64,000 nt of DNA from Candidatus Onthoplasma sp. (GCA_051883515.1 JBJETW010000009.1:64421-128420); one strand, 5' to 3'. Shown: positions 1 through 10,075, numbered from the stretch's first letter. Numbers and translations: made by a program. The notes: a model not told the origin generated them from the sequence alone.

Positions 1-2685
1 CGAGCTTATGACACAATTGAATATTATGGAAATGAAAAGGCAAAAAATGTGGTTGTTGCAATGGGTGGCAGTGCTGATGTTTTGCGTCTTGCAAACGAAC
101 AATATAATGGCAAAGTTGGAATTGTTAAGGTTAGAATGTTAAAACCTTTTGATGAAAAGAAGTTTGTTTCACTTCTTCCAAAGGGTGTAAAAAATATTAC
201 GATATTGGAACGAAATCTTGACCCAAATGGAGTTGACACATTATCTTCTTATGTTATGACTGCGCTTCAAAGAAATGGAATTAATGCAAAGACATATTCT
301 GGTTGCTTTGGACTCGGCGGGAAAGAATTTACTCCAGACATGGCGATGTCAGTGTTTGAAAATATGGAAAAAAGGAAAAAAGAATTTTTCACTCTTGGCG
401 TTTATGATGATGTTAGTCAAACAAATTTGGAAGTTAAAGAAAGTTTTGTTGATAACATTTCAAAATTTTCAATGCGAGTGTATGGATTTGGAAGCGACGG
501 AAGCGTAAGTTCAATTAAAAACACAATAAAAATTCTTGGCGATTTGACACCAAATTACATGCAAGGTTATTTTGATTATGACAGCAAAAAATCGGGCAGT
601 TTAACCGTTTCGCATGTAAGGACGAGCGACAAACCAATTGTGGCACCATTCAATCCAAGAAGTGTCGATTTGATGATGTGCAACAATGAAAGTTTTATTG
701 CAAAATATGATATGACAGATTGCATAAAAGAGAAAGGGGTTGCAATTTTCAACACAAATTATGATGAAGAACAATTAAATCGCGTCATGCCAAACAAGAT
801 GAAAACTGATATCGTGGAAAAGAATCTTGAAGTGTGGACGATTGATGCAAACAAAATTGCTTTTGAAAACGGTTTAGGTAGAAAAATAAACACAATAATG
901 CAGACAGTTCTTTTCAAGGTGTCAAATATGGTTCCATTTGAAGATGCTGTTGAAAATATAAAAAGTACAATCGTCAAGTCATATTCAAAGAAAGGACAGA
1001 AGATTGTTGATGCCAACTTAAATGCGGTTGACCAAGCAATCAAAACATTAAAAAAAGTTGACACCAGCAAAATTGAAATTAAAGATATTCAACTCTGCAA
1101 AGTTATGCGAGATGAATATTTTGAAAATGTCATTTTGCCAACAGCAAATCAAGAAGGTGACAAAATTCCTGTCAGCAAGTTTGAACTTTCAGGAAGAATG
1201 CCAACTGACACGGCAAAATTTGAAAAGCGTGCAATTGCTGAACAACTTCCGGACTGGATAAGCGAAAGATGTATTCAATGTGGAAGATGCACAATGATGT
1301 GCCCACATGCAGCAATCAGACCGGTTATTGTAAAAGAAAAGGCAAAGCGACCAAAAGCATTTACAACAAAGAAAGCGTATATATGCGATGGGGATTATAG
1401 AATGCAAGTTGACACTTTGGACTGCACTGGTTGTGGAGTGTGTGCCTCAGTTTGTCCGGTCAAAGCGTTGATTATGACGCCAAGCGAGCAAATCAGAGAC
1501 CGTGAAATTGCAAACGAAGAATTTTTGTTGACTCTTCCAGACAACACTCCGTTCACGCCAAACACGGTGAAAGGTGTGCAATTTAAAAAACCATATTTTG
1601 AGTTTAGTGGAGCATGCGCAGGGTGTGGAGAAACCCCTTACATTCGTTTGGTCACACAACTTTTTGGGGATAGAATGTTGATTGCAAATGCCACTGGCTG
1701 TTCATCAATCTATGGTGGAACATATCCAACATGTCCATACAGCAAAGACAAAGAAGGTTTTGGTCCAAGTTGGGCAAATTCGCTGTTTGAAGACAATGCT
1801 GAATTTGGTTTTGGAATTTATAAAGCAAGAAAAAATCAGAGAGAAAATTTTATAAATACGTTAAAAAACACCAAATTTTCTGCAAAAATTCAAGAATTTG
1901 TTGATAATTTTTTAAAAAATCCTGAAAATCATCCAAATAATAAAAAGTTGATTTTAAATCTTAAGGAATATAAACGCAGACATTTAATCAAGGGAAACGA
2001 CAATTATCTCTTCAATAATTTAAGTCTCATCACAAGTCCAAGCATGTGGATAATTGGTGGAGATGGTTGGGCGTATGACATTGGGTTTGGTGGTCTTGAC
2101 CATGTTGTTGCAAGTGGGGAAAATGTTAACATTTTGATTCTCGACACAGAAGTTTATTCTAACACAGGTGGACAAACTAGCAAGTCAACACCAAGAGGGG
2201 CAACTGCAAAGTTTAATCTCACAGGGAAAACAACAAAGAAAAAAGATTTGGCAAGCATGTTGATGACTTACAAAAATGTTTATGTTGCGCAAGTTTGCAT
2301 GGGCGCGAATCCTGACCAAACAGTTCAAGCAATTGTTGAAGCGGAAAGTTATGATGGTCCAAGTGTTATAATTGCTTATTCACCATGCATTAATCACGGC
2401 TATTCTATGGACCAAGCGCAAATACACGCAATGAATTCTGTAAAGAGTGGATATAACACTTTGTTTAGATATAATCCAAAAGAAAAAAATCCAATGCATG
2501 TAGACAGTTTTGAACCAATTATGGACTATAAAGATTTTGTTCAAACTGAAAATAGATTTGCAATTCTTGAAAAATTAAATAAAAAGAATAAAAGTAAACT
2601 GCTTAAACAAAGTGAAAAGGACGCTGTTGAAAGAAGAAAGACATACAAAGAAAAACAAACAGAAGGCGACCAAGACAAACAATAA
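1..2685 (+). CDS. nifJ: pyruvate:ferredoxin/flavodoxin oxidoreductase (PFOR), C-terminal ~890 aa; 5' end outside window
   Basis: Frame open from base 1 (RAYDTIEYYGNEKAKNVVVAMGGSAD); two 4Fe-4S motifs CIQCGRCTMMCP and CTGCGVCASVCP; TPP-binding GGDGWAYDIGFGGLDH. Confidence 0.93.
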   Translation, partial: RAYDTIEYYGNEKAKNVVVAMGGSADVLRLANEQYNGKVGIVKVRMLKPFDEKKFVSLLPKGVKNITILERNLDPNGVDTLSSYVMTALQRNGINAKTYSGCFGLGGKEFTPDMAMSVFENMEKRKKEFFTLGVYDDVSQTNLEVKESFVDNISKFSMRVYGFGSDGSVSSIKNTIKILGDLTPNYMQGYFDYDSKKSGSLTVSHVRTSDKPIVAPFNPRSVDLMMCNNESFIAKYDMTDCIKEKGVAIFNTNYDEEQLNRVMPNKMKTDIVEKNLEVWTIDANKIAFENGLGRKINTIMQTVLFKVSNMVPFEDAVENIKSTIVKSYSKKGQKIVDANLNAVDQAIKTLKKVDTSKIEIKDIQLCKVMRDEYFENVILPTANQEGDKIPVSKFELSGRMPTDTAKFEKRAIAEQLPDWISERCIQCGRCTMMCPHAAIRPVIVKEKAKRPKAFTTKKAYICDGDYRMQVDTLDCTGCGVCASVCPVKALIMTPSEQIRDREIANEEFLLTLPDNTPFTPNTVKGVQFKKPYFEFSGACAGCGETPYIRLVTQLFGDRMLIANATGCSSIYGGTYPTCPYSKDKEGFGPSWANSLFEDNAEFGFGIYKARKNQRENFINTLKNTKFSAKIQEFVDNFLKNPENHPNNKKLILNLKEYKRRHLIKGNDNYLFNNLSLITSPSMWIIGGDGWAYDIGFGGLDHVVASGENVNILILDTEVYSNTGGQTSKSTPRGATAKFNLTGKTTKKKDLASMLMTYKNVYVAQVCMGANPDQTVQAIVEAESYDGPSVIIAYSPCINHGYSMDQAQIHAMNSVKSGYNTLFRYNPKEKNPMHVDSFEPIMDYKDFVQTENRFAILEKLNKKNKSKLLKQSEKDAVERRKTYKEKQTEGDQDKQ

Positions 2686-2740
2686 AGATTAAAGAAAGAA
2701 CTTGAAAATTGCCAATAAATTAAAACTCAAAGCAAGAAAA

Positions 2741-2771
2741 GGCAAGATGCGAAAAACATTTTGCTTTTTTC
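2741..2771 (+). terminator. intrinsic terminator after nifJ
   Basis: GCAAGATG/CATTTTGC stem followed by T-run. Confidence 0.7.
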
Positions 2772-2821
2772 ATTTTTTTTGATAGAATATTTATGTTTAA
2801 AAAACATTAAAAGGACAAAAT

Positions 2822-4978
2822 ATGGAATTACAAAAACAATTAGCATACGAATTTAACTTAAAAGAACAATATGCTGAAAACATCATTAATTTGATTGACG
2901 AAGGGAACACAATTCCTTTCATTGCAAGATACAGAAAAGAGATGCATGGTGCATGTGATGACCAAGTGTTGAGAGATTTTGCAGACAGATTAAATTATTT
3001 GAGAAATTTAAACAAAGAAAAAGAAAAAGTTGAGAAAGTTATAAAAGAACAAGATAAATGGACTGAAGAAATTGAAAAAGCGTTGTCAGATGCACTCACT
3101 TTGACAGAAGTTGAAGATATTTATAGACCATACAAACCAAAGAGAAAAACGCGTGCCACTGTGGCAATTGTAAAAGGACTTGAACCACTCGCTGACATTA
3201 TTATTGCTCAAACAATAACAACCCCAATTGAAGACGAAGCAAGCAAATTTATAAACGAAGAAAAAGGTGTTAAATCAGTTGAAGAAGCAATTGATGGCGC
3301 AAAAGACATAATTGCGGAAAGAATAAGCGACGACGCAAATTTAAGGAAAATTCTTCGTGAGATAATTGCAAAAAAATCACAAATCAAAGCGGTTTGGAAT
3401 GAAGAAAAAGACGAGAAAAAAACCTATGAAAACTATAAAGATTTTTCTGGCGAGGTTTCAAAAATTCCAAGTCATAGAATTCTTGCACTCAACAGGGGAG
3501 AAAAAGAAGATTGCTTAAAAGTTTCAATTGAAGTTAATCCAAAATTGACAATAACAGAAATTGAAAAGGCATATAAAAAAGAAAATCCAATCACTGACCA
3601 AATTATGTTGGATACAATTGAAGATGCATATGATAGACTTTTGTTCCCATCTCTTGAAAATGAATGCAGAAGAGATTTAACAGATAGAGCGAACGAACAA
3701 GCAATCAAGATGTTTGAATTAAATTTAAAACCACTTCTTTTGCAAGCACCTTTAAAAAATAATGTCATCATGGGTTATGACCCTGGATATTTCAATGGTT
3801 GCAAAATTGCAGTTATTGACACAAAAGGTGACGTTTTGGACACAACAGTGGTTCACCCAACTCCTCCTCAAAACAAGGTGGAAGAAGCAAAGAAAAAACT
3901 CACTGATATGATTGTGAAAAACAATGTTGATATTGTGGCAATAGGAAATGGAACAGCAAGCAAAGAAAGTGAAATTTTGGTGGCAGATTTAATTAAAACT
4001 TGTCCAAGAAAAGTTAGTTATGCAATGGTTAATGAAGCTGGTGCATCAGTATATTCTGCTTCAAAACTTGCGGCAAAAGAATTCCCAGACTACGATGTAA
4101 ATTTAAGAAGTGCGGTTTCAATTGCAAGAAGACTTCAAGACCCACTAGCAGAACTTATTAAAATTGATGTAAAATCAATTGGTGTTGGGCAATATCAACA
4201 TGACATGCCACAAAACAGACTTACAGAAGTCTTGACAAACACTGTTGAAGATTGCGTAAACTCGGTTGGGGTTGATTTGAACACCGCAAGTGTAAGTTTG
4301 CTTTCATATGTTTCAGGAATTTCATCTTCACTTGCTGAAAATATTGTGGATTATAGAAGTCAAGTAAAACATATTGGCAACAGAAATGAACTTTTAAAAG
4401 TTAAGAAAATGGGGCCAAAAGCATATGAACAATGCGCAGGTTTCTTGCGTATCACTGATGGGGACAACATTTTGGACAACACTGCAGTTCACCCAGAAAG
4501 TTATGATGCAGTGGAAAAACTTTTAAAAATTTTCAACTTTACAGATGAACAAATTAAACGTGGCGAGATTTCTATGCTTCCAAGTTTGATTGAAGAAAAG
4601 GGAGAAGCAAAAGTTGCAGAAGAAATTGGAATTGGTGTTCCAACCTTGCAAGATATTGTCAAAGAATTGCTTAAACCAGGAAGAGATATTCGTGAAGATA
4701 TGCCACTTCCAGAATTGAGAAGCGACATTTTGTCTATGGAAGATTTAAAACCTGACATGGTGCTTGATGGCGTTGTTAGAAACGTTATCGACTTTGGAGC
4801 GTTTGTTGATATTGGGGTGCATCAAGATGGTCTTGTGCATATTTCGCAAATATCAAATTCATACATTTCTCACCCAAGCGAAGTGTTAAAAGTTGGTCAA
4901 AAAGTAAAAGTCAAAGTGCTTTCTGTTGACCTTCAAAAGAAAAGAATTTCACTAACAATGAAAGGAATTGAAGAATAA
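2822..4978 (+). CDS. tex: Tex-like transcription accessory protein with C-terminal S1 domain
   Basis: IPFIARYRKE near N-terminus; C-terminal S1 domain GVVRNVIDFGAFVDIGVHQDGLVHISQ; 718 aa typical length. Confidence 0.9.
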   Translation: MELQKQLAYEFNLKEQYAENIINLIDEGNTIPFIARYRKEMHGACDDQVLRDFADRLNYLRNLNKEKEKVEKVIKEQDKWTEEIEKALSDALTLTEVEDIYRPYKPKRKTRATVAIVKGLEPLADIIIAQTITTPIEDEASKFINEEKGVKSVEEAIDGAKDIIAERISDDANLRKILREIIAKKSQIKAVWNEEKDEKKTYENYKDFSGEVSKIPSHRILALNRGEKEDCLKVSIEVNPKLTITEIEKAYKKENPITDQIMLDTIEDAYDRLLFPSLENECRRDLTDRANEQAIKMFELNLKPLLLQAPLKNNVIMGYDPGYFNGCKIAVIDTKGDVLDTTVVHPTPPQNKVEEAKKKLTDMIVKNNVDIVAIGNGTASKESEILVADLIKTCPRKVSYAMVNEAGASVYSASKLAAKEFPDYDVNLRSAVSIARRLQDPLAELIKIDVKSIGVGQYQHDMPQNRLTEVLTNTVEDCVNSVGVDLNTASVSLLSYVSGISSSLAENIVDYRSQVKHIGNRNELLKVKKMGPKAYEQCAGFLRITDGDNILDNTAVHPESYDAVEKLLKIFNFTDEQIKRGEISMLPSLIEEKGEAKVAEEIGIGVPTLQDIVKELLKPGRDIREDMPLPELRSDILSMEDLKPDMVLDGVVRNVIDFGAFVDIGVHQDGLVHISQISNSYISHPSEVLKVGQKVKVKVLSVDLQKKRISLTMKGIEE

Positions 4979-5037
4979 TTTTAAAATTTCTTAAAATTTA
5001 CTAATCAAAATTTTCACATTGTCATAAAATTTAACAC

Positions 5038-5067
5038 AAAAAGACCAAATAAAAATGGTCTTTTTTG
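5038..5067 (+). terminator. intrinsic terminator after tex
   Basis: AAGACCA/TGGTCTT stem plus T6. Confidence 0.8.
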
Positions 5068-5259
5068 TTTAATGTCACAACTTTAATCAAAAACATTTAT
5101 ATTTTTAAACATAAAACTTTTGCATAATTATTAAAACCAACGGCGTATAATTTTGTACAAAAATCATATAAATTGTACAAAAATAATTATTTTTTTAATA
5201 TTTTTGTATCAATTATGGACAAAATTTAAGAATATTGTTTAAAATTGTTAAAAAATTGT

Positions 5260-5288
5260 TTGACTTTTATTTTTTTAAATGTTATATT
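5260..5288 (+). promoter_or_regulatory. sigma-A-type promoter
   Basis: TTGACT - 17 nt - TATATT, about 22 nt upstream of the ATG at 5311. Confidence 0.6.
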
Positions 5289-5310
5289 CTGTCATGTAAG
5301 GTGGGAGAAA

Positions 5311-5676
5311 ATGTGCGCTAAAGAGACAAAGTATGGAAAATATGTTGCTGACAATTTATTTTTCAGTCGAGTGTTAGAAAATTGTGGAATTGAAAAAAAA
5401 TATATCGGATTTTATTATATTGTAGATATAATGAATTGTTTGATAAATGAGAACATGACTGTGAAGTCGTTTTCCAAACAGATGTATCCTATTATTGCCG
5501 AAAAATACAATAAAGATGTGAGCACTGTGGAAAGGAATATAAGAAATGTCATCGACAAGTGTTGGGGAGAGACGATGGTTGTCAATCTTAAAGTGTTGTG
5601 GCCATCAAACGAAAAACCAACGTGTTGCAAGTTTTTGGAGATTGTAAGGACCTACATAATAATGAAATTGATATAA
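5311..5676 (+). CDS. stand-alone Spo0A C-terminal (DNA-binding) domain-like protein, no receiver domain
   Basis: GGTGGGAG SD then ATG at 5311 (in frame with track ORF 5245); VSTVERNIRNVIDKCW resembles the Spo0A_C signature helix. Confidence 0.6.
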   Translation: MCAKETKYGKYVADNLFFSRVLENCGIEKKYIGFYYIVDIMNCLINENMTVKSFSKQMYPIIAEKYNKDVSTVERNIRNVIDKCWGETMVVNLKVLWPSNEKPTCCKFLEIVRTYIIMKLI

Positions 5677-5757
5677 TTTGCGTTATTGATTGTTTTTTTG
5701 CCTTTTTTATTTGACAATTTTATTTAATTATATAAAATTGATATTATAGGGGTAAAA

Positions 5758-6537
5758 ATGAACAAACGAAAACGTTCCAAATTAGGAATTGTTGTCAATA
5801 TACTTATAATCATACTCATTCTTGCACTGATTGGCAGTGGATTTTTGCTCTATTTTAATTTAAATAAAGACATAGGTCTTGGTTCAATAATGCTCCCAAA
5901 TTTAACGATTAAATTTGAAACATCGACGAGTGGAAAGAGTGAAATTGCGTTTGATAACACAACAAATGTCATGCCTGGAGAATCGCTCAACAATGAATCA
6001 AATTTGTCTGTCACAATGAAATCTTTCAATTCGACATATTTAATTGTCCTTTATGCACTTGAAGCGCAAAAGAATTTAGACGGACAAGTTATTGAAGATT
6101 CATTCGATAAACCAATTTTAGACATAGGATATAATTATATAAATTCCGTAAATTCAACTTATGAAAAAAATTCTATGAATAGTGACAAATGGATCGATTA
6201 TGTGTGCAGTTTAGATGAGAAAGTTGGCGACACAATCGTCACTAACAAATACAGATGTCTTGTTTCACCTTTGACATGGGAAAATGAAGATAGTCCTATA
6301 TGTGTAATACAATCTGGAGAGTTTAGATTGCATAGAGTTGGGATTGACGATAAATATCAAGATTCAACTTTAAAATTTTCTTTTCAAGCGTACGGAATAT
6401 CAAAGAATGACGAAAATTTGGCAGGAGTTAACTTTTCAAATTTAACCGTAGAAGAAAAATGTGCAAAAATTGTGAAAGCAATTCACAAATCATTTGGTGA
6501 AAAATTCAATTTTTATCAAGGAGAAACAATAATTTAG
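5758..6537 (+). CDS. hypothetical membrane-anchored/secreted protein
   Basis: Basic N-terminus plus one TM (LGIVVNILIIILILALIGSGFLL); no family recognised. Confidence 0.55.
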   Translation: MNKRKRSKLGIVVNILIIILILALIGSGFLLYFNLNKDIGLGSIMLPNLTIKFETSTSGKSEIAFDNTTNVMPGESLNNESNLSVTMKSFNSTYLIVLYALEAQKNLDGQVIEDSFDKPILDIGYNYINSVNSTYEKNSMNSDKWIDYVCSLDEKVGDTIVTNKYRCLVSPLTWENEDSPICVIQSGEFRLHRVGIDDKYQDSTLKFSFQAYGISKNDENLAGVNFSNLTVEEKCAKIVKAIHKSFGEKFNFYQGETII

Positions 6538-6609
6538 ATATCCTTTTAAAGGATGTCTTTTTTAATTTTTTATTTTCATAACTTAAAACCATTTAGCATA
6601 TTGTTTTAT

Positions 6610-7176
6610 ATGAGTAAAATTTGGTTGGTTATAATCACGGCAAGTTTAATTATGACGGCAATTTTTGCACCTTCAACCATAGTTGGAACAATGATGGAAG
6701 CGGCAAAAATGGGTGTGACAATGTCAATTGAATTTATCGGAATTTATGCTGTCTGGATGGGTTTTATGCAAGTTATGGACGATTGTAAATTGAGTGGAAA
6801 ACTCGCAAAAGGACTATACAAACCTGTTCAGTATATTTTTGGAAAAACAGATGAAGAAACGGCAAAAAATATTTGTCTAAATATTGCATCGAACATAATT
6901 GGAATTGGAAGCGCGGCAACACCATATGGGATTAAAGCCATGCAAGGATTGGACAAGGGTGACAAAAAAGCAACAAGAGCAATGATAATGTTGGTTGTTA
7001 TAAATTCAACAGGAATTCAACTTTTGCCAACAACAGTGATTGGAATGCGCTCACTTGCTGGAAGTGTGAGTCCAAGTTGTATTCTTTGGCCAACAATTTT
7101 GGCAACATTTGTTTCCACTTTTTTGGGGATAATTTTGGTGTCTTTAATATATAAAAAGGACAAGCAACATGGTTGA
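6610..7176 (+). CDS. spmA: spore maturation protein A-like (nucleoside-recognition/Gate domain membrane protein)
   Basis: MSKIWLVIITASL start typical of SpmA; pairs with spmB by 8-nt overlap; alternative upstream start at 6553. Confidence 0.75.
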   Translation: MSKIWLVIITASLIMTAIFAPSTIVGTMMEAAKMGVTMSIEFIGIYAVWMGFMQVMDDCKLSGKLAKGLYKPVQYIFGKTDEETAKNICLNIASNIIGIGSAATPYGIKAMQGLDKGDKKATRAMIMLVVINSTGIQLLPTTVIGMRSLAGSVSPSCILWPTILATFVSTFLGIILVSLIYKKDKQHG

Positions 7177-7675
7177 TTTATTTATTCCAATTTTGATTGC
7201 ATTCGTTTTGATTTACGCGTTAATAAAAAAAGTGGACGCTTATTCTGCTTTTGTTAAAGGTGCTCAGGGTTCGCTTCCGTTGATGGCGTCTCTTTTGCCT
7301 TTCATAATTGCCATGTTTGTTGCAGTTGAGTTGTTTAGGAACAGTGGACTTAGCGCGTATCTTTGCAAGTTTCTTGCCCCTGTTTTTAACTTGGTTGGAA
7401 TTCCAAGCGAAGTTTGTGAATTAACATTAATTCGTCCTTTTAGTTCAAACGCCGGATATGTGGTTTTGCGAAACATATTCACCAAATATGGACCAGATAG
7501 CTATATTGGAAAATGTGCAAGTGTGATTATGGGCAGTAGTGACACAATTTTTTACGTCAGTTCAATTTATTTCGCTTCAACAAAAGTAAAAAAGACAGGA
7601 CTTACAATTCCGATTGCATTGATTTGTAATATTTTATGTGCAATCCTAGCTTGTTTTTGTTGTAGATTTATTTAA
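7169..7675 (+). CDS. spmB: spore maturation protein B-like
   Basis: LIRPFSSNAGY...GPDSYIGKCASVIMGSSDTIFYV matches the SpmB pattern; overlaps the spmA stop. Confidence 0.75.
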   Translation: MVDLFIPILIAFVLIYALIKKVDAYSAFVKGAQGSLPLMASLLPFIIAMFVAVELFRNSGLSAYLCKFLAPVFNLVGIPSEVCELTLIRPFSSNAGYVVLRNIFTKYGPDSYIGKCASVIMGSSDTIFYVSSIYFASTKVKKTGLTIPIALICNILCAILACFCCRFI

Positions 7676-7683
7676 AAATTGTT

Positions 7684-7711
7684 TTGAAAATTTGACTGTT
7701 TGTGATATAAT
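7684..7711 (+). promoter_or_regulatory. extended -10 promoter of the transporter leader
   Basis: TTGAAA - 16 nt - TGaTATAAT. Confidence 0.55.
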
Positions 7712-7802
7712 TAATATGTGAAAGTTATAAAGTGGATTTTTTTAATAGCGATTATTGTTTTAGTTTTTTCAATAGTTGTTCAGTGTGGTGGACTTTTGAA
7801 CT

Positions 7803-7830
7803 AGATTCTTGCTTCCGCAAGAATTTTTGT
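7803..7830 (+). terminator. leader terminator/attenuator upstream of 7900 gene
   Basis: ATTCTTGC-TTCC-GCAAGAAT stem-loop plus T5, about 70 nt before the start codon. Confidence 0.65.
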
Positions 7831-7899
7831 TGTTAATTTAAGACACAAAAAATCAATAAATTCACAATCATAAATTAAGAGACAATTTTAAAGGGATAT

Positions 7900-8844
7900 A
7901 TGCAACAATTTTGGGATGTAATTTTAGACGCACTAATTGACACGGCAAAGATTTTGCCTCTTCTTTTTATTGTGTATTATTTGATTGAATTGTTTGAATA
8001 TAAGTGTGCCAAAAAATTGCAACAAAATAAAATGCTAAAAGGAAAATTAAGTCCAGTTTTCGCGTCGATGGTTGGTTGTGTCCCACAATGTGGATTTTCT
8101 GTTATTTCATCTGACCTTTTTTCAAAAAAAGCAATATCAATTGGAGCGTTGATTGCTGTTTTCATAGCGACCAGCGATGAAGCAATTCCTCTTTTAATTT
8201 CAAATCCTAAATTGCTTCCTTATTTATTGTTGTTGATTGCAATAAAATTCGTGTACGCAATCATCATTGGATATGCGTCAATGGGTTTATACAAATTGTT
8301 CTTCAAGAAAACAAAATCGGAAGAATTAAAAGAACAAGTACATGTCCATAATTCAAAAGAAGATAAGGAAAATTTAATTTTTGAAAGTGAAAAAACAGAT
8401 GATTCAGTTCAAGAAATTGAACATGGAGGGTGTTGTCACCATCATGTTGAAACAAAGACATTTGATTGGGTTCACCCATTGTTGCATTGCTTAAAAATTT
8501 GTTTGATTGTGCTTGTTGTAAACATATTGTTTGGAGTAATCACTGAAATTTGGATTGGAACGGATAATCTTATGTTGTTTTTAAACAAAAGCAAGTATAT
8601 TCAACCTTTGTTTGCAATATTGGTTGGTCTAATTCCAAATTGTGCATCAAGTTTGGTTTTGACCGAGATGTTTATGTCAGGAATGTTGGGGTTGAGTTCG
8701 CTTGTGGCGGGATTGTGCGTCAATGCAGGATTGGGACTGATTGTTCTTTTCAAACAAAATAAAAACATAAAAGAAAACATTTTTGTGATTTCGATTTTGA
8801 TAATAGCATCAATTATTATTGGATACGCTTTAATTTGGATTTAA
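7900..8844 (+). CDS. polytopic membrane protein, ArsP_2-like putative heavy-metal permease
   Basis: N-terminus WDVILDALIDTAKILPLLFIVYYLIE typical of the family; central loop HGGCCHHHVE; about 10 hydrophobic segments. Confidence 0.6.
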   Translation: MQQFWDVILDALIDTAKILPLLFIVYYLIELFEYKCAKKLQQNKMLKGKLSPVFASMVGCVPQCGFSVISSDLFSKKAISIGALIAVFIATSDEAIPLLISNPKLLPYLLLLIAIKFVYAIIIGYASMGLYKLFFKKTKSEELKEQVHVHNSKEDKENLIFESEKTDDSVQEIEHGGCCHHHVETKTFDWVHPLLHCLKICLIVLVVNILFGVITEIWIGTDNLMLFLNKSKYIQPLFAILVGLIPNCASSLVLTEMFMSGMLGLSSLVAGLCVNAGLGLIVLFKQNKNIKENIFVISILIIASIIIGYALIWI

Positions 8845-8948
8845 ATTTTAGAAAGTGACAATTTTGTTCACTTTTTTTATTTTTTCACGTCAAAACAATG
8901 TTTTTGAATATTTTTTTATTTCACACAAAAACTAACCTTGGAGGATTT

Positions 8949-9389
8949 ATGGAAAAAGAAGATTTAAAATTATTAAACAGGATTTATCAAGACGCCACAA
9001 TAGGAATGCAATCCATTGATAAGGTCATGAAAAAAATCAAATCAGAGAACTTGAATAAAGTTTTTAAAAAGCAGTATGAAGCATATGAAAAATTCGCAAA
9101 CAAGTGTGATATTTTTGCAATAGACAGCGAAATGGAAGTTAAGGAAAATGGTTTTTTTAAAAAGATGAAACAAACGACCATGATTTATTTGTCTTTGTGG
9201 ACAAACAGCAGTCCGCGACACATTGTGGAGATGATGATAAATGGAACAGTAATGGGAATTGTTGACACAATCAAGGCAGAACATGACATCAAAACGAAAA
9301 ATGAAGAACTGAAACAGATGGTTGTTGAATTTAAGACAATGCAAGACGAATTTTACGAAAAATTGAAAAAACTACTCGCAAAGGTTTAA
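8949..9389 (+). CDS. hypothetical helical protein
   Basis: GGAGG SD then ATG at 8949 (in frame with track ORF 8898); no family recognised. Confidence 0.55.
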   Translation: MEKEDLKLLNRIYQDATIGMQSIDKVMKKIKSENLNKVFKKQYEAYEKFANKCDIFAIDSEMEVKENGFFKKMKQTTMIYLSLWTNSSPRHIVEMMINGTVMGIVDTIKAEHDIKTKNEELKQMVVEFKTMQDEFYEKLKKLLAKV

Positions 9390-9409
9390 AAAAATTTTAG
9401 GAGGGAAAC

Positions 9410-9598
9410 ATGATTGAAGAAGTTCAAGCATACATTGAATATTTGGCAAAATTTAAGCAGGTCGAAAGAGTCGAAATGCCAAATTTTGATGTGGAAGCAT
9501 ATACTGACAATGAATACATTCAAGCAATTTTTGACTTGATGAAAGATTTTGACTCATTCATTGATTTAGATGTCACAATAAATAGATTAAAAGGATAA
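9410..9598 (+). CDS. small acidic protein, candidate MazF antitoxin (not RHH/AbrB-like)
   Basis: AGGAGG SD; stop 1 nt before the mazF ATG (TAA A ATG); 62 aa rich in D/E. Confidence 0.5.
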   Translation: MIEEVQAYIEYLAKFKQVERVEMPNFDVEAYTDNEYIQAIFDLMKDFDSFIDLDVTINRLKG

Positions 9599-9599
9599 A

Positions 9600-9947
9600 A
9601 TGGAAGTTTGTCGCGGTGAGATATATTATGCAGATTTAAGCCCTGTTGTCGGAAGTGAACAGGGCGGTATTCGTCCTGTCTTGGTCGTGCAAAATGACGT
9701 CGGGAATAAATATAGTCCAACAGTTATCATTGCGGCAATAACGAGTCAACTTTCAAAAGCAAAATTGCCAACACATATCGAACTTGAAAAATCAAAATTT
9801 GAACTTCAAAAAGACAGTGTGGTTTTGTTGGAACAAATCAGAACATTGGACAAACGAAGATTAAAAGAAAAAATTTGTTCGCTTGACGAAGGCACCATGA
9901 GACGGGTTGATGTGGCGTTGATGATAAGTATGGGAATTGTAAAATAG
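9600..9947 (+). CDS. mazF: MazF/PemK (EndoA-type) mRNA interferase toxin
   Basis: [29 protein letters not shown]...[11 protein letters not shown] is the canonical Bacillus EndoA/MazF pattern. Confidence 0.92.
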   Translation: MEVCRGEIYYADLSPVVGSEQGGIRPVLVVQNDVGNKYSPTVIIAAITSQLSKAKLPTHIELEKSKFELQKDSVVLLEQIRTLDKRRLKEKICSLDEGTMRRVDVALMISMGIVK

Positions 9948-9976
9948 CGACAAAATGATAAGAATTAACAAAACTG

Positions 9977-10008
9977 CGATATTTTTGTACAAAATATCGA
10001 TTTTTTTA
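9977..10008 (+). terminator. intrinsic terminator after mazF
   Basis: CGATATTTT/AAAATATCG stem plus T7. Confidence 0.8.
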
Positions 10009-10075
10009 TAAACTGCTTTACAAAAACTCGTTCGTATGTTAAAATGAGACAATTAAATGATAACAAAGGAATTTT

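Noticed and set aside
9976-9998. TTTGTACAAA palindrome after mazF as a third copy of the operator-like TTGTACAA sites seen at 5153-5184
   Set aside because: Here it is simply the loop and inner stem of the mazF intrinsic terminator (a T7 run follows).
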